Source: an uncultured Gammaproteobacteria bacterium (GTDB lineage: Bacteria; Patescibacteriota; Patescibacteriia; UBA9934). Taken from it: DNA of 64,000 nucleotides. Location: positions 136,895-200,894 of the forward strand of contig CAZTKG010000001.1 in assembly GCA_964613815.1 (NCBI GenBank). Reading direction: 5' to 3'. Position 1 is the first letter of the stretch; each line of letters begins with the position of its first letter. The translations under genes were made by a program, and so were the position numbers. Below the pieces are notes generated by a model. The model was not told the origin of the DNA, ran no database searches, and saw only the letters and a list, made by a program, of their open reading frames with translations. Shown here piece after piece: positions 19,020 through 29,500 of this stretch.

Positions 19020-19455
19020 CGTTGTACGAAAGGGTGAATTCTACTTGGATTATACCTGTATCTTCTTCTGTTGTCAGATTGGTGAACGTGAGATTTTTTA
19101 CCGCGACTCGCGAGGTGGAGAGGATTGTCGCGTCTTGATCGTCGACCTGGCGCGTGACCTGTCCATCGTCTGATGTGAGTGTGAACGTGATGTCTTCTGC
19201 ACCCTCGAGCGTCAGTCTGCCAGGGTCGGCTTCGAATCTTGATGAGGCCTCGTCGATACCCGTCGCGTTGTTTGCGGTGTTGTTTAGGCTTGCGATGATG
19301 AGCGCGGCATTGTATTCGACCTCTGACATGGCGCGGACTTTTGCGCGCGTATTGAGGAGGTTTAAGGTGTATCGGATCAATACGGTCATGACAATGCACA
19401 TGACGGCGACGTAGATCATGGTTTCTGCGAGGCTGAATCCTTTTTGGTTCTTCAT
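18943..19455 (-). CDS. Minor pilin (PilW-like)
   Basis: KGFSLAETMIYVAV prepilin motif. Confidence 0.8.
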   Translation of the reverse strand: MKNQKGFSLAETMIYVAVMCIVMTVLIRYTLNLLNTRAKVRAMSEVEYNAALIIASLNNTANNATGIDEASSRFEADPGRLTLEGAEDITFTLTSDDGQVTRQVDDQDATILSTSRVAVKNLTFTNLTTEEDTGIIQVEFTLSYNDGGNGPYYQFEQEFQTAIRIPIDQD

Positions 19456-22214
19456 AGGCTATAGGATACGCGGACGTCGTCGATGGTGGCGTCTGTGCCG
19501 GTGAAGTACGCTTTCCATTGGAAGAATTTGGTGCCTTCGGTGTCATCATGAAGCGTTATGGATGATCCTGATGCGGTGATTGGATCTGACCATGGCGCTG
19601 AGGTGATGAGCTCTTCTGAAGAGGCGGTGCGGACACGGAACGTGATCGTGTCTGTGGCTGATAGCGTCCAGTCGATTGTTTTCCATTCGGTATTTGGACT
19701 TGCGCTATCAAACACCTGCGATGTGAACGTCGCGTTTTCGGAGGCAGCATTTGGGGTTGATGCCTCCGTCATCGTGAAGCCGTCTACGATCGCTACTGTT
19801 GATGAGGAGGATATTGATGTTGCTGCGCTTGCTGTTTTTCCCGTGATCGTTGGGTTTGTTTGGTTGGTGATGTTGATGTGGAGAAATTCTGCTGATGCGG
19901 CGACGGCAATAGCTGTTTGTGAAAAGAATGACGCGTCTCGAACATCGCCCGCAAAATCCATGGATGATTTTGTTTCCGGGACGCCTGCTGATGCGTCCAT
20001 GATGTAGAGCTCCTTGTCGGAAGATACTTCCCTGCCGACGATGAGGATGTTGTTACTTGCGGTGATTGACAGTGCGTCGGCATCCCCGGAGAAGTTCATG
20101 ATCGTTTCCTCTACTGCTTCTGGGTTTGAGATGTCATAGGTGATTAGCTCCTCCTTGTCCTGACTTGTGACGGCGTAGAGATTTGATCCGGCGAATGCGA
20201 TGTCGTTGATGTTGTTTGATGATTCTGCCTGCCAGGCTGGGGATAACTCCGCAACGTCTTCACATGCCTGCGGCGAGATATCAGCGGCAATAATTTCTGC
20301 GTCTGCACCCTTTTCTCTTGCGAGGAAGACGTGTGATGAGGAGCCTGTGATCGCGGCGCCCGCCTGATCTCCATCGGCGTTTAGCGTTGCGGCTAGGCAC
20401 GGAGATGATATGTCTTGGACGTTGATGATTTGGAGCTCGGCGTCTTCATCCCCTGTTGCGAGGTAGAGATGACCGGCGTTTAGCCATGCATCTTTTGGCG
20501 CGGTAAGCGGTAGCTCTGCTGTTTGGTCTGGAGCCTCTGGGTCGGTGATGTCGTGGATATAGAGCGTGTCTGAGGTGATTGAATAGGCGGTGTTTCCATC
20601 AACTTGCGAGGCGATCGTGCCGGTTGCGAGGATGGCTGCTAGGGTTGGCTCACTCCAACCGCCTTCTGATGATCTTGCGATGGCGACTTCGTTTGATTCT
20701 AGGTTGGAACCTGTGTAGATGAGGCCTGCGTGATGCGTGATCGCTGTGCCGCCCGCCTCTTGGTCGAGTGTGATCTGGTCGGTTATTGAGAGGTCTGATG
20801 CTGCTATGACGGTCATTTCTTTGTCGTCTGATCCGCCTGTGGTGAAGAGGGCGTCGCCTGCTGGGTTGATGGCGATTGCGCGGACATGTGTGCCGGTGTC
20901 TATTTCTGCTGATAACGTAGGAGTGGCAGGGTCTGCGATGGAATACTTGAACATGTCAGATGCCTCTGCGGCGTTTTGTTTGCCGATGAAAAGGGCTGTG
21001 CCGTTTGTGATAATTGCCTCGGCTGATGCTTCTCCTGGGACATCTACGCGTGCGACTTCGCCTGTACTTGAAAGATCGAAGACAATGAGCTCTTGTGATG
21101 ACGCCGCTGATGCGATAAAGGCGTGCGTACTCGTGAGGGCGACATCGATTGCCCCTGCGCTTACCTCGCCCGAAGTTAGGCCTCGGCGCGTCATTGATCC
21201 AGTACCATCGATTGTGTAGAAAACGACCTCCTTCTCTTCTGATGCCGATGATCTTGTTGCGACGAGATTGTTCCCGTTTATCGCTAGGGCCTGCATTGAT
21301 TCATCACCTGGGATGTCTTCTTGGTGGATGATCTCGCCTGTGGACAGGTTTATTGAAATCAGCTCCGCGTCGTTTGCTTCGCAGCTGACGTAGGCTATTC
21401 CTGATGCAATCTCTAGGTCGGTGATGTTTTTGCCGTCTAGGTTTATTTCCTTGATGCGTACTGGAGCTGCGTTCGACGCATTTGCGACGCTGTAGCCTGT
21501 AAGCTCTGCGCCCCCTGAGTTTTCTGTGGCGATGTAGAGCATGTCGGCTGCGCTATCCATTGCGAATGCAACGACATCACCGTTCCCTTCTAGGTTGATG
21601 TTTGTGATGGCTTCCATGCCGCTAAAGTCTTCTTGTCTCGCCCTTGGAGCGACCTCGCCTGTTTCTGATTCTTGGACTCTTGAACCGCCAACCTCACCCT
21701 CTGTGAAATCTTCTTTTGTGGACTGTGACCAGAATAGGTCTCCGAATGAGTAGAGGTAGACGACATGATCGAGTGTGCGGGTTAATCCGTTCAGTGCGGT
21801 CCAGCTGAGTGTTACCGTGGCTTTTTTTGCGCCTGGGTCGTAGACGCCTCCGTTTACGATCGAGCCAAGCAAGTCCCCTTCTCTGTAAACGTCGCTGATT
21901 TCTATTGTGCGCGTGTAGATCTCATTTATCGCTGGTTTTGATGAGGTGAGAGTGTATTTTCCCTCTGTTGTTGAGAGTCCGTAGGTGCCAGATATCATTG
22001 CTTTTGCGTCTTGGTCGTGGATGGATCTGACTGCTTGGACACCCTCTGCGATGAGTGATGAAGCGACGATGAAGTTGACGCCCTGTTTACTTGCGCTTGT
22101 CGCGTAGATGAAGACGGAGACGGTCGCCGTTGCGATGATCGCAAAAAGCGCAATGGCGAGCATTGCTTCTACGAGGGAGACGCCTCGGGGTTTAGTTGAG
22201 TTCGATCTTGCCAT
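19452..22214 (-). CDS. Large minor pilin (PilV-like N-terminus) fused to LVIVD-type beta-propeller repeats (start ATG 22214)
   Basis: RGVSLVEAMLAIALF prepilin motif; repeated ELxIxDISxP-like units. Confidence 0.75.
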   Translation of the reverse strand: MARSNSTKPRGVSLVEAMLAIALFAIIATATVSVFIYATSASKQGVNFIVASSLIAEGVQAVRSIHDQDAKAMISGTYGLSTTEGKYTLTSSKPAINEIYTRTIEISDVYREGDLLGSIVNGGVYDPGAKKATVTLSWTALNGLTRTLDHVVYLYSFGDLFWSQSTKEDFTEGEVGGSRVQESETGEVAPRARQEDFSGMEAITNINLEGNGDVVAFAMDSAADMLYIATENSGGAELTGYSVANASNAAPVRIKEINLDGKNITDLEIASGIAYVSCEANDAELISINLSTGEIIHQEDIPGDESMQALAINGNNLVATRSSASEEKEVVFYTIDGTGSMTRRGLTSGEVSAGAIDVALTSTHAFIASAASSQELIVFDLSSTGEVARVDVPGEASAEAIITNGTALFIGKQNAAEASDMFKYSIADPATPTLSAEIDTGTHVRAIAINPAGDALFTTGGSDDKEMTVIAASDLSITDQITLDQEAGGTAITHHAGLIYTGSNLESNEVAIARSSEGGWSEPTLAAILATGTIASQVDGNTAYSITSDTLYIHDITDPEAPDQTAELPLTAPKDAWLNAGHLYLATGDEDAELQIINVQDISSPCLAATLNADGDQAGAAITGSSSHVFLAREKGADAEIIAADISPQACEDVAELSPAWQAESSNNINDIAFAGSNLYAVTSQDKEELITYDISNPEAVEETIMNFSGDADALSITASNNILIVGREVSSDKELYIMDASAGVPETKSSMDFAGDVRDASFFSQTAIAVAASAEFLHINITNQTNPTITGKTASAATSISSSSTVAIVDGFTMTEASTPNAASENATFTSQVFDSASPNTEWKTIDWTLSATDTITFRVRTASSEELITSAPWSDPITASGSSITLHDDTEGTKFFQWKAYFTGTDATIDDVRVSYSL

Positions 22215-22635
22215 TTTTGCTGATGGTGATCTTTTTTTCGTTTTCACCGTTTGCGAGGAGAATGTCGCCTGCGGCGCTCGGGGTTCCCGTATCTTTTGAG
22301 AAGACGATTTCTGTAAATCCTCCAGATGTGACGATGCCGCCAAAGTCTCTTTGTTCGTCGAATCGAATGTCCCTTGCAAGGAAGGTTGAGCCCATGAAAA
22401 GCGTGTACCCGTCTGCGTCCATACTTACCCCCCATTCGGCATTTTGAAAGCCGTTTATGGACCTTAGCTGTGCTCGGCGGAAGGCGTCTGTGAGTCCATC
22501 ACTGTCGATGGAGACTTGGTGTTTGTGAAAAAGGCCTGTTGCTGGGCCGGCGAAGGCGACGACTAAGATGACCGTGATGGCGGTTACGACGAGAAGTTCT
22601 ATAAGCGTAAAGCCGTTTTGGTCTTTGACTGTCAT
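22192..22635 (-). CDS. Minor pilin (FimT/GspH-like)
   Basis: NGFTLIELLVV; AFRRAQLRS; ISKNGKI C-terminus. Confidence 0.8.
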   Translation of the reverse strand: MTVKDQNGFTLIELLVVTAITVILVVAFAGPATGLFHKHQVSIDSDGLTDAFRRAQLRSINGFQNAEWGVSMDADGYTLFMGSTFLARDIRFDEQRDFGGIVTSGGFTEIVFSKDTGTPSAAGDILLANGENEKKITISKNGKIELN

Positions 22636-22641
22636 GGCGAT

Positions 22642-23721
22642 CTAGATATTCATTCCAGATGTGACTGAGTAGATTGGGGTGAGGATGGAGATCGCGACAA
22701 AGGCCACGACTCCGCCGATGACGATGAGCATAAGGGGCTCGATGAGTGAGGAGAAGGTTTTGGATTTTACTTCTACGCTCTCTTCGAAAAATGTTGCGAG
22801 ATCGGTAAAGACGAGGCCGAGCGATCCTGATTTTTCCCCGACAGAGACCATGCGGTGGATGACGTGCGTGTAGAGCTTGATGTCTTTTTCCATAATGTCC
22901 GCGAGTGTGGTTCCGGTGCTAATGCGGGCGTGCATGTCTGCGACGGAGTTTCGGTAGACCGTGTTTGTCATGACCTGCGAACAGATACTTAGCCCTTCTT
23001 CGATGGCGATTCCGCTGTGGAGAAGCGTTCCCATGGTGCGGCAGAATCTTGCGCGCTGAATCTCGTTGAGGAGCTTTCCGAAGATTGGGAGGTGGAGGAT
23101 GATGTGGTCGATGATGGCTCGTGTGGATTTGATTTTGGTTGATGCGTAGATGAGGCCCGCGAAGATGAGGAAGCCAATGCTGATAAGGATGCCGTGGGCT
23201 TCGAACATGTCTGAGGTCCAGATAAGGAAACGCGTGGATGCTGGGAGGTCTAGCTGGAGGGAGTGGAAGAGACCGGTGATTTGCGGGAGGACGAATTTTA
23301 CGATGCCGAATCCTAGAGAGATTGCAAGAAAGAGGACAAGAGACGGGTACATCATGGCTGACTGGATGCTTTTTTGGAGGCGCATCTCTTTGTCGAGCCT
23401 TGTTGCGAGCTGTTCTAGATTTTCTTTGAGGGTTGCGGATTGCTCACCGATGACGACGGATTGGATGAAGATTGGGCTGAAGACCTTCTTTTCCATAGCG
23501 AGTGCGTCGCCGAGGCTGGATCCTTGCTGGACGCGAGCGTCTACTCTTGAGAGAGCTTTTTTGAGCGTTCCTGATGATTGCTGGATGAGAACGGGGACGG
23601 CCTCTGGTGCGGTGAGTCCAGCCTGAAGCATGACGGCGAAGTATTTAGCCATCATGACGATGTCGACTTTTTTGACTCTGCCGACAGAAACTTCTCGTTT
23701 GTACCACGGTGTTTTTGGCAT
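22642..23721 (-). CDS. pilC: Type IV pilus platform protein (PilC/GspF)
   Basis: MLQAGL, GEQSATL, SAMMYP, VGEKSGSL, LIEP. Confidence 0.9.
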   Translation of the reverse strand: MPKTPWYKREVSVGRVKKVDIVMMAKYFAVMLQAGLTAPEAVPVLIQQSSGTLKKALSRVDARVQQGSSLGDALAMEKKVFSPIFIQSVVIGEQSATLKENLEQLATRLDKEMRLQKSIQSAMMYPSLVLFLAISLGFGIVKFVLPQITGLFHSLQLDLPASTRFLIWTSDMFEAHGILISIGFLIFAGLIYASTKIKSTRAIIDHIILHLPIFGKLLNEIQRARFCRTMGTLLHSGIAIEEGLSICSQVMTNTVYRNSVADMHARISTGTTLADIMEKDIKLYTHVIHRMVSVGEKSGSLGLVFTDLATFFEESVEVKSKTFSSLIEPLMLIVIGGVVAFVAISILTPIYSVTSGMNI

Positions 23722-23722
23722 G

Positions 23723-25408
23723 TTATTCCTTGGTTACGCGGAGGACCTCCTCGAGCGTTGTTCTGCCGATGAGGATTTTTTTGATTCCGTCTTGGAGCAT
23801 GGTCCGCATGCCGGCCGAGATCGCGCCCTGGCGGATGATGTCGGCGTTTTCTTGTTTCATGATTTGGGTTCGTACCCCGTCTGTGACCTCTAGAATCTCA
23901 AAAATCCCGACTCGGCCTCTGTAGCCGGAATTGTGACAGGTTGGGCAGCCTTTTCCGCGGAAGAGGCGGATTCCTTCTAGGGTTTCTTTGCCCGCGTCTT
24001 TGAGGAGAGCAGCCTTTACGGACGGCATCTGTTCGAGGAATTGGAGACGTTTTGCGTCTGGGATGTAACTTTCGATGCAGGTGAGGCAGATTTTTCGGAC
24101 GAGGCGCTGGGCGAGGACGGCGAGGACGGTGGAGGATATCAAAAAGTCCTCTACCTCCATGTCGAGGAGTCGTGGGAAGGCGGTTGAAGCGTCGTTTGTA
24201 TGGAGAGTTGAGAAGACGAGATGACCGGTCATCGCAGCGTTGACGGCGATGTCCGCTGTTTCTTTGTCTCGGATCTCTCCGACCATGATGACGTCTGGGT
24301 CTTGGCGGACAAGGGCGCGGAGACCTTGGGCGAAGGTGAGGTTTGTTTTGGTATTTACCTGAATCTGGTTGATGCCGTCGATGTCGTACTCCACCGGATC
24401 TTCGATGGTGGAGATGTTGATTTCTCGTTTGTTGAGTTCTTTGAGGGCTGCGTAGAGCGTCGTGGTTTTTCCTGATCCTGTTGGGCCGGTGACGAGGATC
24501 ATGCCCCATGGTTTTTTGATGGTTTCTTCGAATGCTTGAAGGTCTTCTCCTTCGAATCCGAGGTCTTTGAGGTGGAGTTCTCGAGATTTGTCTGACAGGA
24601 ATCGCAGCACGGCCTTTTCCCCATCGACCGTTGGGACGATAGAGACTCGGATGTCGACCGTGTCGCCCCACTTGCTTTTGTGTTCGATTTTTCCGTCTTG
24701 GGCGGCGCGATGCTCGTCTGTTGCGAGCCTTGCGAGGACTTTGAGCCGTGTGAGAACAGCTTCGTGAACGGTTACTGGGATGCGGCCGATATCTCGGAGG
24801 ACACCGTCGATGCGGAGGCGGATGACAGAGTACTCGTCTTCTGGCTCGACGTGGAGGTCAGAGGCGTTGAATTGGTAGGCGTATTCGAACAGGGCGTCAA
24901 CCAAGGTGATCATGTTTGCCTCGGCCTTTCCGGATTGCTGGACTTTGTCGATGATGGTTTGGAGGACTTGGCCCGGGTCTTCTCCGAGGCGGAAGAGGTT
25001 TGCCTCAACATCGCCTGGGGTGACGTAGACGAATTTAACCGGAATGCGGACGTACTTTTCGAGGAGCGCCTTTAAGGAAATGTCGTTTGGATTGGAAACG
25101 CCGATTTTGACGAAGTCGTCGTTTTGCACAATTGGGACGGCGTGGTAGTGCTTGGCAAAGGCGCTCGGGAGCATGGCGAGGAGCTCTTTTGGCACGTTTG
25201 TGGTGCGCAGATTGACGTATGGGACGCCGTAGAAATTAGCCATCAGCTGACCGAATTGCTCGTCCGTAACACGCCCTTTTTTGAGAAGGGCTGTGCCAAT
25301 GTCGATTTTGCTAATTTTTGCTTCGTCCGTCGTCTGTTTGAATACTTGCTCTGTGACGCCGCCAGAGTCGACGAGCACCTCGCGCCATTCCTCCTGGGTA
25401 AGCCTCAT
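23723..25408 (-). CDS. pilB: Type IV pilus assembly ATPase (PilB/GspE)
   Basis: ASDLHVEP, GPTGSGKTTT, TIEDPVE, RQDPDVIMVGEIRD, Zn-binding CxxC pairs. Confidence 0.93.
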   Translation of the reverse strand: MRLTQEEWREVLVDSGGVTEQVFKQTTDEAKISKIDIGTALLKKGRVTDEQFGQLMANFYGVPYVNLRTTNVPKELLAMLPSAFAKHYHAVPIVQNDDFVKIGVSNPNDISLKALLEKYVRIPVKFVYVTPGDVEANLFRLGEDPGQVLQTIIDKVQQSGKAEANMITLVDALFEYAYQFNASDLHVEPEDEYSVIRLRIDGVLRDIGRIPVTVHEAVLTRLKVLARLATDEHRAAQDGKIEHKSKWGDTVDIRVSIVPTVDGEKAVLRFLSDKSRELHLKDLGFEGEDLQAFEETIKKPWGMILVTGPTGSGKTTTLYAALKELNKREINISTIEDPVEYDIDGINQIQVNTKTNLTFAQGLRALVRQDPDVIMVGEIRDKETADIAVNAAMTGHLVFSTLHTNDASTAFPRLLDMEVEDFLISSTVLAVLAQRLVRKICLTCIESYIPDAKRLQFLEQMPSVKAALLKDAGKETLEGIRLFRGKGCPTCHNSGYRGRVGIFEILEVTDGVRTQIMKQENADIIRQGAISAGMRTMLQDGIKKILIGRTTLEEVLRVTKE

Positions 25409-25447
25409 ATGGCGGTATTATAGCACGTTAATGAGAGCATCTTCCCC

Positions 25448-25611
25448 TCCCATCTCGACCTTGTGGAGAGATCTTTTACTCCCATCCTGAGGAGAGGGCG
25501 TGAAGGCGATGGACGGAAGGATCTCACGGCACGGCGCACTCTTTCGGCATGGACGTTGCTGTCCGCACGGGATCCTTCCGTCGCGCTAGGGCTGGCGCGA
25601 CTCAGGATGAG
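25448..25611. repeat. Half family A element fused to a family B palindromic element
   Basis: TCCCATCTCGACCTTGTGGAGAGATCT followed by TCCCATCCTGAGG...GACGGAAGGATCTC...GGGATCCTTCCGTC...CTCAGGATG. Confidence 0.85.
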
Positions 25612-25649
25612 GGATTGTGGAAGAAAAAAATGCCTTTCGGCATGTTTTT

Positions 25650-26831
25650 CTAGTAATCTCGTAGCTTGTGGATCACTTCTTTCTGTTGAATCTTTTCTAG
25701 CGCTTTTGCCTCAATCTGACGGATGCGCTCTCGCGTCACATCGAATTCCCTTCCAACCTCCTCGAGCGTATGACTCACCCCATCTTCGAGGCCGAATCGC
25801 ATTTCGAGGATCTTCTGCTCTCGTGGCGTGAGATCAGTCATCGCCTCGTGGACATAGTCTCTCAGAAGCTCGCGGGCTGCTGACCTGTCTGGGGAGATTG
25901 ATTTTACGTCTTGGATGAAGTCTTCGAGTTTTGAGTCTTCGTCGTCGTCTCCGACAGATGCTTCGAGCGATACAGTCTCTTGCGAGATCTTCTTGATGTG
26001 CCGGACCTTGTGGATTGGCAGGTCCAACTCGCTTGAGAGCTCCTCTGCGAGCGGCTCTCGTCCGAGGTCTTGGATGAGTCGGCGCTCAACCTGCTTGAAC
26101 CGGTTGATGGTCTCGACCATGTGAACCGGGATTCGGATGGTTCGGGACTGGTCAGCAAGGGCTCGCGTAATGGCTTGGCGAATCCACCAAGTGGCGTATG
26201 TGGAAAACTTGTACCCCTTTCGATACTCAAACTTTTTGACGGCGCGGAAGAGGCCGACGTTTCCTTCTTGGATGAGGTCGAGGAGCGACAATTGCTTACC
26301 GACGAACTTCTTCGCGATTGAGACGACGAGTCGAAGGTTTGCTTCGATGAGTCGGAGCTCTGCCTCTTTGTCGTTGCGCTCTTTTCGTTTTGCGAGCGCG
26401 ATCTCTTCTTCTGCGGTGAGGAGCGGGATCTTTCCGATTTCTCGGAGGTACATTTGAATCGAGTCTTGCGTAATGTCTGAAAAGTCGACTTTGCGATCCA
26501 CCTTTACGCGGAGTTTGTCGTAGACGCCTTCGATTGATGAAGAGCGGCCGAGATAGCCCTCTTTCATTTCGATAACGTGAATTCCTTTGAGTTCTAGTCT
26601 GTCTAAAAACATCTCGAGAAGCATGAGGTGGTCTTCGATCTCTCCAAACGAAAACAATACCTCGTCTTCAGTAATGAATCCTCGATTCATTCCACGCTCA
26701 ACAAGGCGGTCTAGACGTTTTTCTGGTGGTGGAGCTGAGCGTTTATAGCGCTCTTTTCGCACTTTTTTGACAGGAACTTCCTCTTCTTTTGCATCGGGCT
26801 TTTTTGCGGGAGCTTTTTTGGTTGCTGTCAT
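25650..26831 (-). CDS. rpoD: RNA polymerase primary sigma factor
   Basis: [48 protein letters not shown]. Confidence 0.96.
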   Translation of the reverse strand: MTATKKAPAKKPDAKEEEVPVKKVRKERYKRSAPPPEKRLDRLVERGMNRGFITEDEVLFSFGEIEDHLMLLEMFLDRLELKGIHVIEMKEGYLGRSSSIEGVYDKLRVKVDRKVDFSDITQDSIQMYLREIGKIPLLTAEEEIALAKRKERNDKEAELRLIEANLRLVVSIAKKFVGKQLSLLDLIQEGNVGLFRAVKKFEYRKGYKFSTYATWWIRQAITRALADQSRTIRIPVHMVETINRFKQVERRLIQDLGREPLAEELSSELDLPIHKVRHIKKISQETVSLEASVGDDDEDSKLEDFIQDVKSISPDRSAARELLRDYVHEAMTDLTPREQKILEMRFGLEDGVSHTLEEVGREFDVTRERIRQIEAKALEKIQQKEVIHKLRDY

Positions 26832-26861
26832 AACACAGATTGCCCTCAGTTTTTGAGGGAA

Positions 26862-28679
26862 TTAAGAAAGCATTTTTGTATAAGCCTCCATGAGCTCGCG
26901 TAAGCGATCCTTGTTTCCGCTTCGCTCAGCTTCGCGGATGGCCATCTCCATGTGTTTGCGTTGTTTTTTTGTCTCTGCACTTCGCAAAAGTGCAATCTGT
27001 CGGTTCAATTCAGCACGCACTTGGTCGCTTTTCAGTCCATTAAATAGACGCTCAGCCTTCATGAAGATGGGTCGAAGCCGATCTTCGGCATTTTCACCCC
27101 CTTGATTTGTGAGCTCTTTTAGGACCTGCGAGTAGATATCATTTTGCGTGGAACCTGACAAGTTAGCCTGAGTATAACTCTCTTGCACTATTTTGTAAAT
27201 CTTTTGTAGATCTCCTTCTGGAAAAAGACTTGGATTCGGCAAAGAATCTGTTTGGATATCGATGCCTTTGAGCATGATACCGATCGTGATTGAGGCTGCG
27301 CGGTGCTCGGCGGTGTCCGGAAGTGGGGCTGGCCCGGTCTTGATGTCCGGCGGCTGGACTTGTACGACGTTCTTTTTTGGCGCAGCTTTGAATTTGGGGC
27401 CGGTTTGGATGATCGGGCGGAGGACGGAGGCGTCTACCTGGAGAACGTCGGATAGTCTTGATATCCAGTGGTCGCGTTCGATAGGGTCTTTGAGGCGCTT
27501 GATTTCGCTGAGGAGCTGGTGGCCGACGTGACGTTTTGCTTTGACGTTTGATGGGTCAAAGCCTTTGAGAGCGTTTTCGAAGTAATACTCCATGATTGGG
27601 ATCGGTTCTGATGTGACCTTTACCCAAATCTCTGGATCTTTTTGGACGACGTCGTCTGGATCTTTTCCAGCCTCTGGTGGGATGCGGATGACCTGGACTT
27701 CGATGTCGAGGGCTTGCGCGGCGTGGATTCCTCTAGTTGCCGCTTTGAAGCCGGCGGCGTCACCATCAAAACAAAAACTGATGGTGTTTGTGAATTTTTT
27801 GAGTTGCTTGAGCTGCTCGTCGGTGAGCGCGGTTCCAGAGCTGGCAACGACGTTTTTGACGCCTGCTTTGTGGGAGGCGATGACATCTAGGTTACCTTCG
27901 ACGATGATGACGTTCTGTTGTGATCTGATGGCAACTTTGGCGAGACTGAGACCGTAGATGACTTTGCGCTTCTGGTAGATTTCGGTTTCTGGGGAGTTTA
28001 AGTATTTTGGGCCGGACTTTTCGCTTTCTGGAGCGAGGCGGCGTGCGGTAAATCCAACGACGCGGCCGGATTGGTCCTTGAGCGGAATCATGACGCGGTT
28101 TCGGAAGCGGTCGATGAGTTTGTGGCCCGACGATGTCTTCTTTGCAAGGCCGGCCTCGATGATTCGCTCGTCTTTGAACCCCTGTTTATGCAAGTGTTTT
28201 GTGAGACTGTCCCAAGCATCTGGCGCCGCACCGAGGCGGAAGGTTGCTGCGAGGTCTTTGTCGATGTTTCTGGAGGTGATGTAGTCTGCGGCTACCTTTC
28301 CTTGTTCATGCATGACTACCTTTTCGTAGTATTTGCATGCAAGCTCGTTAAGATCTCTTTGGAACGTTTCTTTGGCGGACTCTTTCGAAGATCGAAAGTC
28401 TGGAATTTCTACCCCGGCTTTTTTACCGAGCTTTCTGAGCGCTTCGCCGAAACCGACACCTTCGATCTCCATGACGAATGCGTAGATGTCTCCCCCTTTA
28501 TCACACCCAAAGCAATGCCAGATCTCTTTTGGGAGCGAAAGATAAAAGGATGGGGTTTTCTCGCTATGAAATGGACAGCACGCCTTGAAGCTGCCAGATC
28601 CTGCTGGCCTGAGGTCGAGATAGTCTTTGATGACGTCTTCGACAGTGAGGCGCTGTTTGATTTCTTCTTTTGGTTCCAT
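26862..28679 (-). CDS. dnaG: DNA primase
   Basis: CPFHSEKTPSF Zn finger, KYLNSPET, VEGNLD, FDGDAAG, KDPDD. Confidence 0.97.
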   Translation of the reverse strand: MEPKEEIKQRLTVEDVIKDYLDLRPAGSGSFKACCPFHSEKTPSFYLSLPKEIWHCFGCDKGGDIYAFVMEIEGVGFGEALRKLGKKAGVEIPDFRSSKESAKETFQRDLNELACKYYEKVVMHEQGKVAADYITSRNIDKDLAATFRLGAAPDAWDSLTKHLHKQGFKDERIIEAGLAKKTSSGHKLIDRFRNRVMIPLKDQSGRVVGFTARRLAPESEKSGPKYLNSPETEIYQKRKVIYGLSLAKVAIRSQQNVIIVEGNLDVIASHKAGVKNVVASSGTALTDEQLKQLKKFTNTISFCFDGDAAGFKAATRGIHAAQALDIEVQVIRIPPEAGKDPDDVVQKDPEIWVKVTSEPIPIMEYYFENALKGFDPSNVKAKRHVGHQLLSEIKRLKDPIERDHWISRLSDVLQVDASVLRPIIQTGPKFKAAPKKNVVQVQPPDIKTGPAPLPDTAEHRAASITIGIMLKGIDIQTDSLPNPSLFPEGDLQKIYKIVQESYTQANLSGSTQNDIYSQVLKELTNQGGENAEDRLRPIFMKAERLFNGLKSDQVRAELNRQIALLRSAETKKQRKHMEMAIREAERSGNKDRLRELMEAYTKMLS

Positions 28680-28700
28680 GGCCTGGATGGTAACACACTC

Positions 28701-29423
28701 CTAGACCCCCTTGCCCATGAACACACGTTCGAGAATATCACCTTCGGCAAACTTCTCTGCAGGACCTTCTGAGACGATCTTGCCCTCAGCTAATACGTAC
28801 GCTCTGTGGACGATGCCGAGGAGGGACTTAATGTTGTGCTCTACCATCAAGACGCCCATGCCGGTTGCGTCGTTGATCTCTTTGATTTTTTGGAACATGA
28901 CTTTGACGAGTTTTGGCGATAGGCCGAGTGTAGGCTCGTCGAGGAGGAGGAACTGTGGGTTTGTGACCATGCCGCGAGCGATGGCTAGCATTTGTTGCTG
29001 GCCGCCTGATAAGGAGCCGGATGGGTCTTTTCGTTTTGTTTTGAGGTCTGGGAAGAGGTCCATGAGGTTCTCGATTCGGCGTTTTACCTCTTGTTTGTCT
29101 TTGATGATGAAGCCGCCTATTTCTAGGTTTTCTTCGACGGTGAGATGGGTGAAGACGCGTCTTCCCTGCGGGACGTAGGCGATCCCCATGCTGACGAGCT
29201 CGTGAGGGCGTGGTTTTTTGATTTGGTCGCCTTGCCAGTGAATGGAGCCCGAGGTGATGTCTGCGAGGCCGAAGACTGCCTTGAGGATCGTGGACTTCCC
29301 TGCTCCGTTTGGGCCCATAAGGGCGACGACTTCGCCTTTTGCGAACTCAAGTGACGCATCGTGGATAATGCGGATGTCGCCGTAGCCGGCGTGGAGGTTT
29401 TTGATGTTTAGTGTGGTTTGCAT
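28701..29423 (-). CDS. livF: Branched-chain amino acid ABC transporter ATPase (start ATG 29423)
   Basis: GPNGAGKST, LSGGQQQMLA, LLLDEPTLGL, VEHN. Confidence 0.9.
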   Translation of the reverse strand: MQTTLNIKNLHAGYGDIRIIHDASLEFAKGEVVALMGPNGAGKSTILKAVFGLADITSGSIHWQGDQIKKPRPHELVSMGIAYVPQGRRVFTHLTVEENLEIGGFIIKDKQEVKRRIENLMDLFPDLKTKRKDPSGSLSGGQQQMLAIARGMVTNPQFLLLDEPTLGLSPKLVKVMFQKIKEINDATGMGVLMVEHNIKSLLGIVHRAYVLAEGKIVSEGPAEKFAEGDILERVFMGKGV

Positions 29424-29428
29424 ATCAT

Positions 29429-29478
29429 TCCCATCTCGAGCGGAGTCGAGAGATCTCTCCACTGCGGTCGAGATGGGA
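29429..29478. repeat. Family A element between livG and livF
   Basis: TCCCATCTCGAGC...GAGAGATCTCTCC...GGTCGAGATGGGA. Confidence 0.85.
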
Positions 29479-29500
29479 GGTTACCCAGTTTTTGATCTTG

